Positions 36,991 to 49,446 of a DNA stretch of 64,000 bases are shown in pieces. The position numbers and the translations under genes were made by a program. Source of the stretch: Hydrolagus affinis (lineage: Eukaryota); NCBI GenBank assembly GCA_012026655.1, contig JAAILG010000502.1:1-64000 (forward strand), in the 5' to 3' direction. The first letter of the stretch is position 1, and every line of letters starts with the position of its first letter. The notes below the pieces were generated by a model. The model was not told the origin of the DNA. It saw nothing but the letters and a program-made list of their open reading frames with translations, and ran no database searches.

Positions 36991-38699
36991 GTCAATCACA
37001 TGATTAGGCTTGTGTTACCCTTGTGCTTCTGTGTTAGGTAGATATGGGCGATTATGTTAATATATAGTACTTGATTCATTCTCCTTTACAACTGCACGGA
37101 ATTTAAAAAAACAATAGGAAACTCAGTTTTCATGACAAACATCAGTAAGTAAAATAGAGTACAAAAACATTACTCTGTAGCAAGTAGGGGAAAGGCTCTC
37201 AAAGCAGTTAAGTGGCTTGATCTGACCAAATACACGTGATAATAGCCTGTGTAGATGTAACTTCCATTTGCTTTCCTGCCAGAGTAAGCTTCACCTGTTG
37301 TATTGACCTGGTCTAGCAAATAGAAAATCACAAAATTGGGAATTAATTGACCTAAAAGCTAATCAGTGAAGCAAAGACCATAATTCGTATAATTTTCACA
37401 AGGTCACAAAAAGTATTCTGGGGATTGGGAATGAGGCTATTAGCACACTGTAATGAAAATGTGGACATATTAGTATCAAGTTTCATATTTTGGGTAAATG
37501 ATGAGGATTAGGTAACCCAATGAACGCTGGGCATATTTGGGAATGTTTCATGAATGTCATTTACGCGCGTGTAAGAAACTGGATTCACTATTCGTACCAC
37601 AAGATACGGAGAGGCCATAGATTTTTTATTCAGCACAAGAACCTTTCCACTAGACCTCAAAGGGCTTTGTAGGATGTTTACTAACTCGAATAATTTCTTC
37701 TAATGTTTATTAGATTCATGATATCAACCTACAAAATAATTTTAGCTGTGGCTAAAGTTTAGCCAAGTTTGAGGCACCTTATGTGAACCTGATTAGCTGT
37801 GATAAACTCAGTTTAATGAGGGATAATTGTACGGTTTCATACAGATATGAAACCACGCAGTCGAGCCTGGGGCATCCTTAATAAATTAGGCCTTTGAGCT
37901 GCAAATAAATGTCAGTATGAGATCTGCCCACCGTTTAGTTAAGATAATGGCGTAATTACCTTCAGCTACGAAAACAACTACAGCAACCTTCTTGTACTAC
38001 ATGGGAGTGTGGCTTGCTGCACAGAGAACAGATAGAAGGTTGTGGATAAGAGCATGACTGATCACTCATTGAGTTCCTGACCTCAGACAGGTTATTGGGG
38101 GCAGTCTGATTATTGATAGTCACTCCAAGGTTTCCCAGAACACTTTGCTTGTCATCTGCACTCACAGACCTCACCACGTCCACAAAATTGGGACCTTAGG
38201 GCAATTCGACCCAGAAATGTCCATAATCATGAGATTTAAAATTCTCTGGAGAATTTTGAAAAGCAGCTGATCCGACGGCATTAAAAGGCAATAACAGAGT
38301 TTTGCTTTCATAAAGTGTTATGAAACAGGCCGTTTTATCTGCCTGTTACTCAAAGTGCTCTAAAACACAGTATTGGTAACAAGAATCACTTGAAGCAATG
38401 CCTCTTCGTAATCCATGCCAATTTACAGGACCTCCATTCCTCTCCCACCAGATCTTCTTCCAGAACATAGAGATCCAAACATAGAGTTTGGAGTGACATA
38501 TTTCCATTTTCCTGCAGTTATTTGGGCCTGCTGCCACAAACATTATGTTTTAAACCTTTAACACGTAACACTGCTATTTGGAAGTCTGCTAATGAATCAT
38601 ACTTTGTTGTTCCATTTTGGTCCATTTGTACGAGTGCTAAGAGAAGATCTCTGTTGCTGTCCAAGTAATGCTCCACTTTCACTCAATACATCAACTCAC

Positions 38700-38846
38700 C
38701 TCCTTCTTCCACTTTGCCAACCATTCATCCCTCTTCCTTTTGCTGATATAATAGGGATCACCGGCTTGGAAGGTCATCCGTTGCATAGGTCTCTGACGCA
38801 GGCTACTCTCCCACCCCGACTGGCCACGAAGTCGACCCCTTGTTCC
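38700..38846 (-). CDS. DNMT3A: DNMT3A internal coding exon (human exon 6 equivalent, UDR region): [49 protein letters not shown]
   Basis: Acceptor ccttttgtacag|G, donor GAG|gtgagt, 147 bp, phase 0-0. The peptide is near-identical to recalled human DNMT3A aa 165-213 ([49 protein letters not shown]). Confidence 0.97.
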
Positions 38847-39237
38847 CTGTACAAAAGGATACATTTTATGAACAGGATTAGAAAACATAAACCATTCCTC
38901 ATACTGAGTTCACTCTTAACTTGAACACTAAGTGAAGGTCTGGCGTTATCACTATATAACACGGAGACTGGTGGAAGTGTGCATTGTGTAAAGCCTAGCC
39001 AATGCCCCAGGTCTGAGGCAGGCCCAGAATTCAGGGATGAAGCAAGCAAAAACATGTCAGATGTTAAAACAGAAAACGTATATACTGTATGTGAAACTTC
39101 CAGTTTTGCTACTCAAGCATGGTGTCCGTGCAAGTCAGACAGCCAAAAAGTGTATTTTCCATAAATAAGAGTCACACACAGTTAAAACAAAAATAACATT
39201 ACAACTGTCCCCCCGTCCACCCACCAAAACCAATCAT

Positions 39238-39323
39238 AATTGAGACAAGATTTGTATATATCAGTTCTAAAGAGGTTGGATTTGCTTTGTTTGGTGCAAT
39301 CAAATCATGAATTTTGGGCAAGT
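39238..39323 (+). repeat. 86-bp direct repeat, copy 1
   Basis: 6 mismatches against 40853-40938. Confidence 0.9.
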
Positions 39324-40786
39324 TTTGTTCAACATCAATTTCTCTAGGTGTGTCCATCAGAGAACATAAGAATTTGTTAGGCAAAACAAGGTCCATCTAG
39401 TTCACCTTCCATCATCCTGGCAGTCATTTGACATGTTGTATCCCAAACTATAAACTGAGGCACAGACACTTCTACAGATATAATGAGATAGAATCTATCT
39501 TAACAAATAAAACTTCATCCTGCTTTCATTTTAGGCTTTCAACTGTTCATAAAAGCCACATTTGTGTACATAGACACCAGACTGCACCGTGGACTCCTGG
39601 GGTTGTGTGTTCTTGCAGGTCTAGAGAAACTCATGATAGCTGATGGTACAAATGAAAAAAACGACCTGATAAACTGAATATCAGGTGTAAATGGTGATGT
39701 TGTCACATGTGATCCAGACTTGGGAATGCAATTACAACTCAATGTTTTATTGGAGAAGGATTCCCTTGAGTGTGTGACATTCACAGTACAGTACGCCTGG
39801 TTATTGTGAGGGGCTCCTTTAAATTTCTTAATTAAAAAATACCATGAGGAAATACTGCAAAATTGACCTATTTATTTTTATACTGATTTAGAAGATCAAT
39901 GAATTTTGAATTGCAGTGCATGAGTACACTGTTATTGGGAGCTAAAATGAGGTGATTGCTGAAACTTTTGTTTTGCTAGTGGAATTCCCAAAGAGTACTG
40001 TTACCAAATTTCTATTAAAGTGAAATTTCACATTGTAAACTTGTAATAAAAATAAACATATAATGAAGACTGCTAAAGTTCATGTCAGCAGTCTACTAGA
40101 TATCAGAATCCTTTATAAATGGGTGACAAAAGTGAGCAGTTGTGGCTGTATTCAATAAGAAATACTATAAATGGTCAACTGGGAATGAACGATTTCCTAA
40201 ATTAACAATGTTTTCATTCTTTATAATCTAGAATAAAACGATATTGATGTAAAAGGGCCCTGAAGTGCTGGACCTCTGGAGAGTTTTCTTTCCATTTAAC
40301 TTTTCCTCTGTGGTAAAATATTACCATGCAATGTGGCATTAATATGATCGTCATTAGTAGATCTCAAAGAGACTTTAGGAAGAAATTCTTTACAGAAAGG
40401 ATGGGGCAAATGTGAACCTCACTTTTGGAAACTGTGGTTGAAGCAGAAAGTACAAATCAATTTATAAGGAAACTCAATGCATTCATGAGAGAGAAGGGAA
40501 AGAGGGTATGGGTTTAGGAGTGTTGCAGACTCATGTAGAGTATAACTTGTACAAACTGGTTGAGTTGAATGGCCTGTTTCAATGCTGTACAGTCTGTAAT
40601 TCTATGTAAACTATGAAATCGGAATGTGAAAATGGCACTTTTTGAAATGAAATATTTTAATGCATTATATGATTGCTGAGAATGTACTTCAACGTTATAG
40701 CATAATAGAATGGCCTAAACCCTAAAGCAAAGCTTCATAGGCTTAAAATTCTACCTCGTAAGGCCAATTTGCCTGATAATGTGAGC

Positions 40787-40982
40787 TTGCCTAGAATTGT
40801 GACAAATTCGTAGATGCAGTGTTAATTTGGAAAAAATTGTCATTCAATTCACAATTGAGACAAGATTTCTATACATCAGTTCTGAAGAGATTGGATTTGC
40901 TTTGTTTGGTACAATCAAATCATGAATTTGGGGCAAGTCCAAAATAAGTCTGAACTTAAGAATTTTCCACAATTCTGGGCAA
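40787..40982. repeat. Possible old MITE containing copy 2 of the 86-bp repeat (40853-40938)
   Basis: 23-bp inverted repeats ttgcctagaattgtgacaaattc / gaattttccacaattctgggcaa with 3 mismatches; no TSD evident. Confidence 0.5.
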
Positions 40983-41331
40983 TCTTAATTTTGAGTCAAA
41001 TGGCTGATTTTCAGACCGATGCTCACTGACATTATGGAAATCCCAAAGCGTGCAGCTTTTGAACTCGTGTAGACTGTTATTTTAAGCAATATATTGTGGA
41101 AAAGCATATGAATATTTATGAAAGGTTTCCGTCCATTGTGAAAATGCCATCAACAAATTAATATAATACTCAGTTCAATTAGAATGTTTAATTTTATCAC
41201 AGGAAAGAGCTTGGTGCTAAAAGTATCCAGAGTGGTATAACATCATGTGACAGGAAGCAGTGAGACGTGTTAGAAAGACATTCACTGTGTTATATATTTT
41301 ATACAAGATGAAGAAAGAAGGGACTCTTTAC

Positions 41332-41378
41332 CTCTACTTTTACTGGCTCCCGTGCAGATTCATTATTGTCGTCCGAAT
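41332..41378 (-). CDS. DNMT3A: DNMT3A small coding exon (human exon 5 equivalent): (x)SDDNNESAREPVKVE
   Basis: Poly-T tract + ag acceptor, donor GAG|gtaaag, 47 bp, phase 1-0, open frame, 2.5 kb upstream of the exon-6 equivalent. Human exon 5 (recalled as 44 bp, phase 1-0) ends ...ESMKME. Confidence 0.8.
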
Positions 41379-41647
41379 CTAAAAAAAAAAAAAAATGTAA
41401 ATAATTTGACAGCATTTATTCCCTGTAACACAATGCATACATAGTTCAATGGAACCAACAGTTACTTGTAACACACACAATATAATTGTACTGTATTCGG
41501 ATTGTGTACACCACCAGAGATCTGACCATTTTTATGGTTGTAGCCTGAGGACTAGCCCCTTCAAAGTTAGATTATTATTATATTATATTGTACCAATATT
41601 TCCTTTTTTTAAGATTACTGTGGGCAATAATCCAATATAACCATTTT

Positions 41648-42155
41648 AATAATAATTTTTGTATTTGATATAGCGCCTTGTCACATCTTCAAACCAACTC
41701 GAAGTGCTTCACATGATATACCGTAAAAACAAATGTGTATTATGTGGGCAAAACGTGGCAGCCAATTGTGCACAGCTTTCTCACCCTGAGTAGCGTGCTG
41801 TGAGAAAAATATAGATGCGAGCAACTTGACTGATAAAAAGTGGGATTAGTTTGGATAATAAATTGGCAGAAAGTCCACTCTACCATCTTCATATCACGAG
41901 ATTAAGCTGTTTATTATAATACTACTACTACTAATACGAATCCTTGCATTTAATGTAGCACTTTTCACGTTTTCTAGACATCTCAAAGCGCTTCACAGAA
42001 TATACTGTGAAATGAATTGACTGTATATTGGTGGGTGAAACGTGGCAGCCAATTGCGCACAGATGTCTCCCACAAACAATCGTGGATTGAAATGACCAAA
42101 AGCACTTTGAGGAAGCTAGAAGACGTGAAAAGTGCCATAACAAATGTAAGGATTT
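41648..42155 (-). mobile_element. SINE fragments (minus ~41648-41780 and ~41915-42098; plus tail ~42099-42155)
   Basis: Typical SINE body and tail motifs. Confidence 0.85.
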
Positions 42156-42816
42156 TTAAAAATGATTATTTACCCTCTGGGAGATAAAACAATTTTTTTT
42201 TGGGTGTGTGATAAAAAAATGCCCTTTGCTACCCTTAGCTTGATTCACAACCTTGACATATAAAAGTCTTGTTTTGAGTATCCTTTCTCAATACCAGTTA
42301 AAATCTTATAGAGGGTCAATCTCAAGCCTGAATGAGTGATAGGAACTGAAATTCCTAAATGTGACTACCTCAAACATCATATTCACATTGTGTTGCCTTA
42401 CATAACTGAATGAAAAATGACCCCAGTGCTCGGAAATTGTTAACTGATTCATTATATCGGAACAAGCGAGAAAGATGAAAGCAACATAGTCGGGAGGAAA
42501 GGTTAAATGGAAAGAAAACTCCCCAGCAATCCAGCACTTAAAGGCCTTTTTCACATTAATATTGTTTTAATCTAGATTCTAAAGAATGAAAACATTTTTA
42601 ATTTAGTAAACCATTCATTCTCAATGACCATTTCCAGTATTTTTTATTGAATGAAGCCACCCACTCACTGCTGAGCAACCCCTACAATTTGGAAACCTCA
42701 GGACACTAAAGAGACAGGTCAACGGAAGTCCCACAGCATAGCTTCATGTTAATGTACAGTAAGTATATACTTTGGGTATAGAATTTCCTGGTAATAAATT
42801 GCAGATTATTTTATAG

Positions 42817-44670
42817 CAACAACAAAATTACACTTGTATAGCTCCTTTCACACACCAAGGCGCTAGACAGTCGTTGTTTCAGACCTGAGCTGGGGATCGG
42901 GGATGGGAAGGGTGGAGGTAAAGGGGGAGGATTTGGGGTGACTGATGGGACTGTCAAAGAGGAGGGTCTTGAGGCAGGACTTGAAGGAGGCTAGGGAGAG
43001 GTGAGGCGGAGGGATGGTGGGATGGAGTTCCACATGTTAGCGACAGAGTGGCTGAAGGCTCACCCGCCAATGATAGGTCAGGTGAGTCGGGGTACATGGG
43101 AGCAGGCCGGAGCCTGCTGAGCGGAGGGGGCTGGGGGGTTGGTAGGGCATTAGGAGGTTGCAGAGGTTGGGTGAGGTGAGGCCGTGGAGGGCTTTGATTG
43201 TGAGGACCAGGATCTTGAAATGAATCCTGTTGGTGATGGGGAGCCAATGGAGTCAGACGAGGATGGGGGAAATGGGGTCACGAAGCTTGGAGCGGTGGAG
43301 GACATGGGCCGCAGAGTTCTGGATTATCTGCAACCTATGGAGGAAGGAATTGGCACAGTCGAGCTGAGATACAATGAATGTGTGAATGAGAGTTTCGGCA
43401 GCCTGGTGGTTGAGGTAGTGGCGGAGTCGGGCAACAGTCCAGAGGTGAGGGAAGGCAGAGCGGGTCCTGGCTTGGATGTGGGGGAGGAAAGACAGTTGAG
43501 GATCAAACAAGACACCTAGGTTCCTGACTGGCTTGGTGAGGTTGAGTGTGCAACCATGGAGGTTGATGCTGCCAGTGCCTGATGCGTGAAGGCCCTGGCG
43601 TGAACCAATCAGGATGGCATCGGTTTTGTTGACATTCAACTGTAGAAAGTTAACTCTCATCCACAATTTGATGTCTGACAGGCAGTTTGTCAGGACAGCA
43701 GTGGTCCTGTAATTGAGGGTAGAGGCAGAAAGATAGAGTTGGGTGTCATCGGGTACATGTGGAAGTTGACCTCATGTCTGCAGATGATGTCACCAAGGGG
43801 CAACATGTAGATATTAAAAAGTAGGGGCCAAAGACAGAGCCTTGGGGGATGCCACAGGTGACAGTCCAGGGGCTGGAAGAGAAGATGAGATGGCAACAAA
43901 GTGGAGACGGTGAGAAAGGTAGGAGTCGAACCAGGCGAAGGCAGATCCGTGAAGATTGAGCAGGGAGGGGAGGCAATGTCGAAGGCAGCAGAGGTCAAGG
44001 AGGCAGAAAGTCCTGATCACAGATGTTTAGAATGTTGTTAGAGACTTTGACCAGGGCTTTCTCCATGTTATGGCCAGCATGGAAGCCGGATTGTAGGGGT
44101 GGAAGGAAAGGAGTGGGCTTTAGAGAAGAATGGGAAATCGGAAATGGGGCAGTAGCTGGAGAGTAGGGATGGGTCCAGCAAAGGTTTTTTCAGGATGGGA
44201 GTGTTGACAGCTGATTTTAGAGGTGTGGGAGCAGCGCCAGTGGCTAGCGAGATGTTGATGATGTCAGTTAGGAGAGGGGCTAGGAAGCGGAACTGGGAGA
44301 TGAGGAGAGAGGTGGAGAATGGGGTCGAGGGAGAGGAACGTGGGGGAGTGCTTGGGGGGATGACAGAGAAGGAGGATTTTGAGGGAGAGACTGGAGGGGT
44401 GGTAAAAAGTAAGCTGTTCAAAGGAAGGGAAGGTTCCAGAGGAGTAAGGGGAAAGGCTAAGGATGGACTGGGAGATGAGAGCCATACTGTCACCATGGCG
44501 GTTGGGCCGTGGGGTTTGGTGGAAGGTGTAACCGGGTGATGTGGCCTCGATCAGGGGGAAGGTGTCATCTGGGGTAACCCAGGTTTCGGTCAGGGCGAGG
44601 ATGTTGATGTTTTCATCTATAATGAGGTCATGGATGGTGAGTGTCTTGTTGGCGAGGGAGGATTTGGGAT
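42817..44670 (-). mobile_element. Longest L2 remnant (APE endonuclease start, RT pieces, 3' tail; internally deleted)
   Basis: SLANKTLTIHDLIIDENINILALTETW (APE), GIPQGSVFGP, WMRVNFLQLNVNKTDAILIG, VRNLGVLFD. Confidence 0.93.
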
Positions 44671-44942
44671 GTTTGATTTTCATACAAGAAAGGCATCACG
44701 ATTGCTGATCTTCAAATATAAATGTCACCATGTGTCAAGGACCTGAACCACACTGACCGACCACATTACTCATACAAATCCCAGATCAAAATTGAAATAC
44801 GAATGCGGCCACAATTATAAACAGTAACAAATACAGGCAGTAATTTCATGCCTTAACTTTAGCAAAACTGATGAAAACAAGAAGGGACTATTCCTTTTCG
44901 TACGGTGGGTACTACAGAAACACATGCTTTTCATTTAATTTA

Positions 44943-45246
44943 GGAGTCCTGTAGCTCAGTGGTTAGAGCACTCGCCTCGCAAGCTAGAGACCTGGGTTCG
45001 ATTTCCGACAGAGCGAAACCTTGGGCGAGTTTCCTTACACCACATGCCTGATAATAATCACTCAAGAAAAAAACCCAATAATAAATTGATCATTTCAATC
45101 CGCGACCGTTTGTGGGACACTCCTGTGCCTAATTGGCTGCCGAGTTTCGCCCACAAATATATACAGTAAATTCACTTCACAGTGTATTCTGTGAAGCTCC
45201 TTGAGACATCTGGAAGAAGTGAAAAGTGCTAAATCAAATGTAAGGA
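44943..45246 (+). mobile_element. Full-length tRNA-SINE
   Basis: A box tagctcagtggttagagc, B box gggttcgatttcc, L2-like tail. Confidence 0.92.
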
Positions 45247-45823
45247 AATTTAAAAAAATTGTTTTCAGACTTCCAGAAGCTTGAGTGCATTTTGTTTTCT
45301 GAGATGCAATATCTATATGACATGCCACTACATAAATCTATGCAGTTTTAGCTGGTTAGACTCTGTAATATCCCAATACACACTCTTGTTTCACTAAACT
45401 TTGGCTCCTACCAACCTGCACCTAATATATTCTGGAATGAGTTAAGCAGGATGTGTCCCTATGAGAAGAGAGTGCACATTCCATTCCAATACACGGGAAT
45501 TCCCATTGTATGGTTGGGATGCACATGGAACTCTCAATCTGGTTTGAGTTTTTTTTAACAGCAACAAATTGCATTTATATTGTGCCTTTCACTCTGGGAG
45601 GATGTCCCAAGACACTGGAGCACGGTGATGGGTTTTAGCATGTGTTAGACACCTATCTGACCAAAAAGAGTCAGGTGGGAAGTCCCTAATGGATTTGAGA
45701 TAAAATGCTTTCATGCAAGCTTTGTTTTGGGGGGATGGAGGGGAATGGTGGCTCGGGGGATTGCCTTCTGTAATGTAAGGTGTTGTGGTTAGAACATTAT
45801 TAGTTCTGAGCCAATATAAATTT

Positions 45824-46129
45824 GTGGAGTCCTGTAGCTCGGTGGTTAGAGCACTTGTCTTACAAGCGTGAGTCCTGTGTTCGTATCCAGGCAGGGCGAA
45901 ATCTTAGGCAAATTTCCTTACTCCACATACACCTTATAATAATCCCTCCAAAAAAAAACTATAATAAATTGGTCCTTTAAATCCACGACTGTGTGTGGGA
46001 CGCTGCTGTGTGCATTGGCTGCCGCATTTCGCCCACAAATATACAGTCAATTCACTTTACAGTATATCCTGTGAAGGGCTTTGAGACGTCAAGAAGACGT
46101 GAAAAACGCTATATCAAATATATTATAAT
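45824..46129 (+). mobile_element. Full-length tRNA-SINE
   Basis: gtggagtcctgtagctcggtggttagagc through gtgaaaaacgctatatcaaat. Confidence 0.92.
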
Positions 46130-46150
46130 AAGCATGATTGCTCGAAGGTG

Positions 46151-46207
46151 CACATAACTTATTCCCCATGCACACACACACACACACGCACCCACACACA
46201 CACACAC
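46151..46207. repeat. Interrupted (CA)n microsatellite
   Basis: Seen directly in the sequence. Confidence 0.95.
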
Positions 46208-46429
46208 ATAAAGGAAGTCTGCAAGAGTATTTCAAAATACAACAGCACAACAAAAAAGTACAATGCCAAAATGGGGAGGAGTGTTTGCCTTCACTTCTCT
46301 TGGGCAACATGTGCTTAATTTAATTCAATTTTTAAAAAATAGTCTCTTTAAGATATTGTATTTCTTTCACCTGCCATCGTTCAACCAATCCCCAAATCAC
46401 TAATAAATGTGGATATATGTTTACTGTTT

Positions 46430-46545
46430 GCAGGACACTGCTGTGCGCAATTGGCTGCTGCATTTCGCCCACATAAATATACAGTCATTCCACTTTACAG
46501 TATATTCTGTGAAGCGCTTTAAAGTATATTCTGCGAAGCGCTTTT
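46430..46545 (+). mobile_element. SINE body fragment with a short tandem duplication
   Basis: agtatattctg(t/c)gaagcgcttt occurs twice. Confidence 0.8.
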
Positions 46546-48699
46546 TGTTACAATACTTCTAGATTTGGGTTGAACATCAGAAATCATAACTCAGCATTGG
46601 GTTTCATTGTACACTGAACGCTAAAAATAGCAACCTTTTTGTTGTGTTCAATGTACAGTAGATAGATTGGTTCAGCATAAAAACAAGCCATTTGGCCCCA
46701 ACTAGTCTGTGTCAGTGTTAAAACGCCACAGGAGTCTCCAACCACTCCTTTCTTCCTCCCATACCTTTCTACCCCCTTCCCCCTCATGTGTAGATCTTGC
46801 TCCCTCTTAAATATAAATAGGCAATGAAAATATCAGAATTTTTTGAGATCAGAGTATGACAGACCCTTTTTTTTCCTACTGTTCTGTCACTGTTTCGATT
46901 TCCGACGTACGATAATACAGTAAGAGACAGCCCTGAGAAAATGAAACCTTCTCTACGTTATCGTATCACTTCAGGGTCTACAGAAGATTATTTTCATCTC
47001 CATTCCTGCCTGCCACCAAAACCCCTGCTCCCCAGTGCATAAGGAATTTGCTCATTTAATTTCTCAGTAACATTATCTAGTCAGCATTCATTGTGCTACG
47101 GGAGAGAAACCCGCAATTCTAATAATGTCCTATTTTTACATAAAATGGCTCCAAAGGAACTCTGTAAACCTTGTCGGAAAACCACGACAATGTTAACAAA
47201 TCATGCCGGAGACCATATGGAGTTCGATGGATACAAATTCAAGAGGGAACTGGACAGACTTTGACAAAATAAACAATTGAGGGAGATAAAATGGAGCATC
47301 ATGTTATATATGTGAACTGACCAGATGATTCACAGTAGTCCTTTCTCATTTTCTGCAGTTTCTCTATTCAGCCTCTTGAGTACCACTTCCTTGGATTTAT
47401 ATTCTATGGATTTACTTATACTGCACACTGAAATGTATGACTTGTCACACTATACAATCAGATCACACATTTTGAAAGTTATATTAGTACAGCAATATAA
47501 CTGTGATTCTTCAAGTACAAATATTTTGATATAAATTATATTCTTCACACTTGGAATTGAAGCTTGTGACTCTGTAATGTAACATGAAATACCTAAATTA
47601 CAGGGTTTGAATCCCATTCAAAAACATGTTCTTCCTGCCAACTTATAAGAAGCTGAGAGAAGCTCTGGGGAGAACCTTGGATCAAGTTCTGTGGTAGATT
47701 TGAGTTAGAAAAAACACTGCAGTGGGGGAGGGTGGGGTTTGGTGGCGATGCACTATTGCATTCTTTATGTGCAGCTATGTTGCTTGCATAGCTTAGTAGG
47801 AGTTACTAGCACACTATCCGTTTGGCAAGAGCTCAAACATACACTTGCCAAATTGGATGCTGACCAACTTAAACAGGTTCTTGGGTCTAGTTGGCTTTGA
47901 CTTAATAAGCTTGGTGAAGGGAAAGTAAGGCTGAGTAAAGTCTTTGTCAGCGGCTCAGTGATCTGATAGTTCAGTCAGACACATCTACAATATTCGGACC
48001 ATTGACCGGGCTGTCTTGAGCATCAATGGTATTTGGAGAAGTAGACAAGCCACCAGCGGATGGTATTCTTAATACTCAGTTCTGGATAAGGACGCAGACA
48101 TTGCCTTAAAATGTAGGGCGGTGTTGGGAGTACAAATGGAAGAGATCTTACCAGACCCTTATCAGATGGTATACAAGAAGTTTGACCTTCACATGAGGGA
48201 GAGGGTGATAGAAAGGTGCGGAAAGGAGCAACGAATGAGTGGAGGCTTGTGTAGGGCATAAACATTGGCACAGACTGGTTGGGCTAAGTCACCCGGTTCT
48301 ATGCAGGACATTGTTTGTAAAATCACAACAGTTTACAGAAAAGAAAACTGATATGTTTACAGACATTTCAACTTAATGAGGCATTGTATCAATTGCATGG
48401 ATTATTATTAAGTACTGTACCCAGTGCGTATTTTGAGATCCCCAATCCCTTGACTTTGCCAGGCTGTACCTGTGTTCTCTGAATGAACATAGGGTGTGTG
48501 ATATTGTATGGTGTGTGTCAGCAGTTCTTTCCATTCCCTTATCGAGGGAGAAATTGGACTCTGGGCTTCAGAATGTGGAAACAGAAGCATTGGTTTTGTG
48601 AGTTCTCGGTAGCTGTAACTAGAGAACCTTAAACATCTCAAGGGTTTTGTCAGTAGGTCAGACTGCTAGCTGACCCGTCCCTCCAAAACATGGACTTCA

Positions 48700-48950
48700 A
48701 AATCTGTGCAGGATTTGCCATGAGTCACAGATACGACCACCAGTGGAAACAGTTTTTCCCTGTCTACTCTGTCGAATCCCCTCATGATCTTAAAAACCTC
48801 TATTAGGTCTCCTCGCAGACCTAATAGAGGTTTCAATGAGAATAAACCTAGCCTCTCTAGCCTTTGCTCATAACTAAAGTCCCTCATTCCTGGTATCATC
48901 CTGGTGTATCTCCTCTGCACCCTTTCCAATGCCTTAACATCCTTCCATGA
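48700..48950 (-). mobile_element. CR1 LINE ORF2 C-terminal fragment
   Basis: LERVQRRYTRMIPGMRDFSYEQRLERLGLFSL...LRGDLIEVFKIMRGFDRVDREKLF. Confidence 0.92.
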
Positions 48951-49080
48951 GTTTTAAAACTATTATTTTTATTATTATTAGAGCTGCTCTTAATCTTCGT
49001 TGCTTCAGTGAAAGAATCATAACATTTCAAACCTCTCTACAGAATTGTAACCTCTCACCCTTTCATTCTACTTAATGTTC

Positions 49081-49446
49081 AGGCCTATAGCTCAGTGCTT
49101 GGAGCACTTGCCTTGCAAGTGAGAGACCTGGTTTTGATTCCCAGCAGAGAGACATTTTAGGCAAATAGGCAAGTTTCCTTACTCCGCATGCCTCTGTTCA
49201 CCAGCAGCAAGTAGGAACCCGTTTTTCAGTCGATTGACATGGATAATAATTCTTTTTTAAAAAAAATAATAAATTGGTCACTTCAATCCACAATACTGTT
49301 TGTGGGACACCGCTGTGCACAACTGGCTGCCAAGTTTTGCCCACAAAATATACAGTCAGTTGACTTTGCAGTATATTCTGTGAAATGCTTCGAGATGTCT
49401 CAAAGACATGACGAGGCGCTATATCAAATGCAAAGATTGTTATTAA
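49081..49446 (+). mobile_element. tRNA-SINE, long-form subfamily
   Basis: Extra block gcctctgttcaccagcagcaagtaggaacccgtttttcagtcgattg at ~49189-49238. Confidence 0.85.

Noticed and set aside
44943-45015. tRNA-like sequences (also 3850, 45824, 58678, 63770-63837)
   Set aside because: These are SINE heads continuous with SINE body and tail; stems are degenerate, so not tRNA genes.
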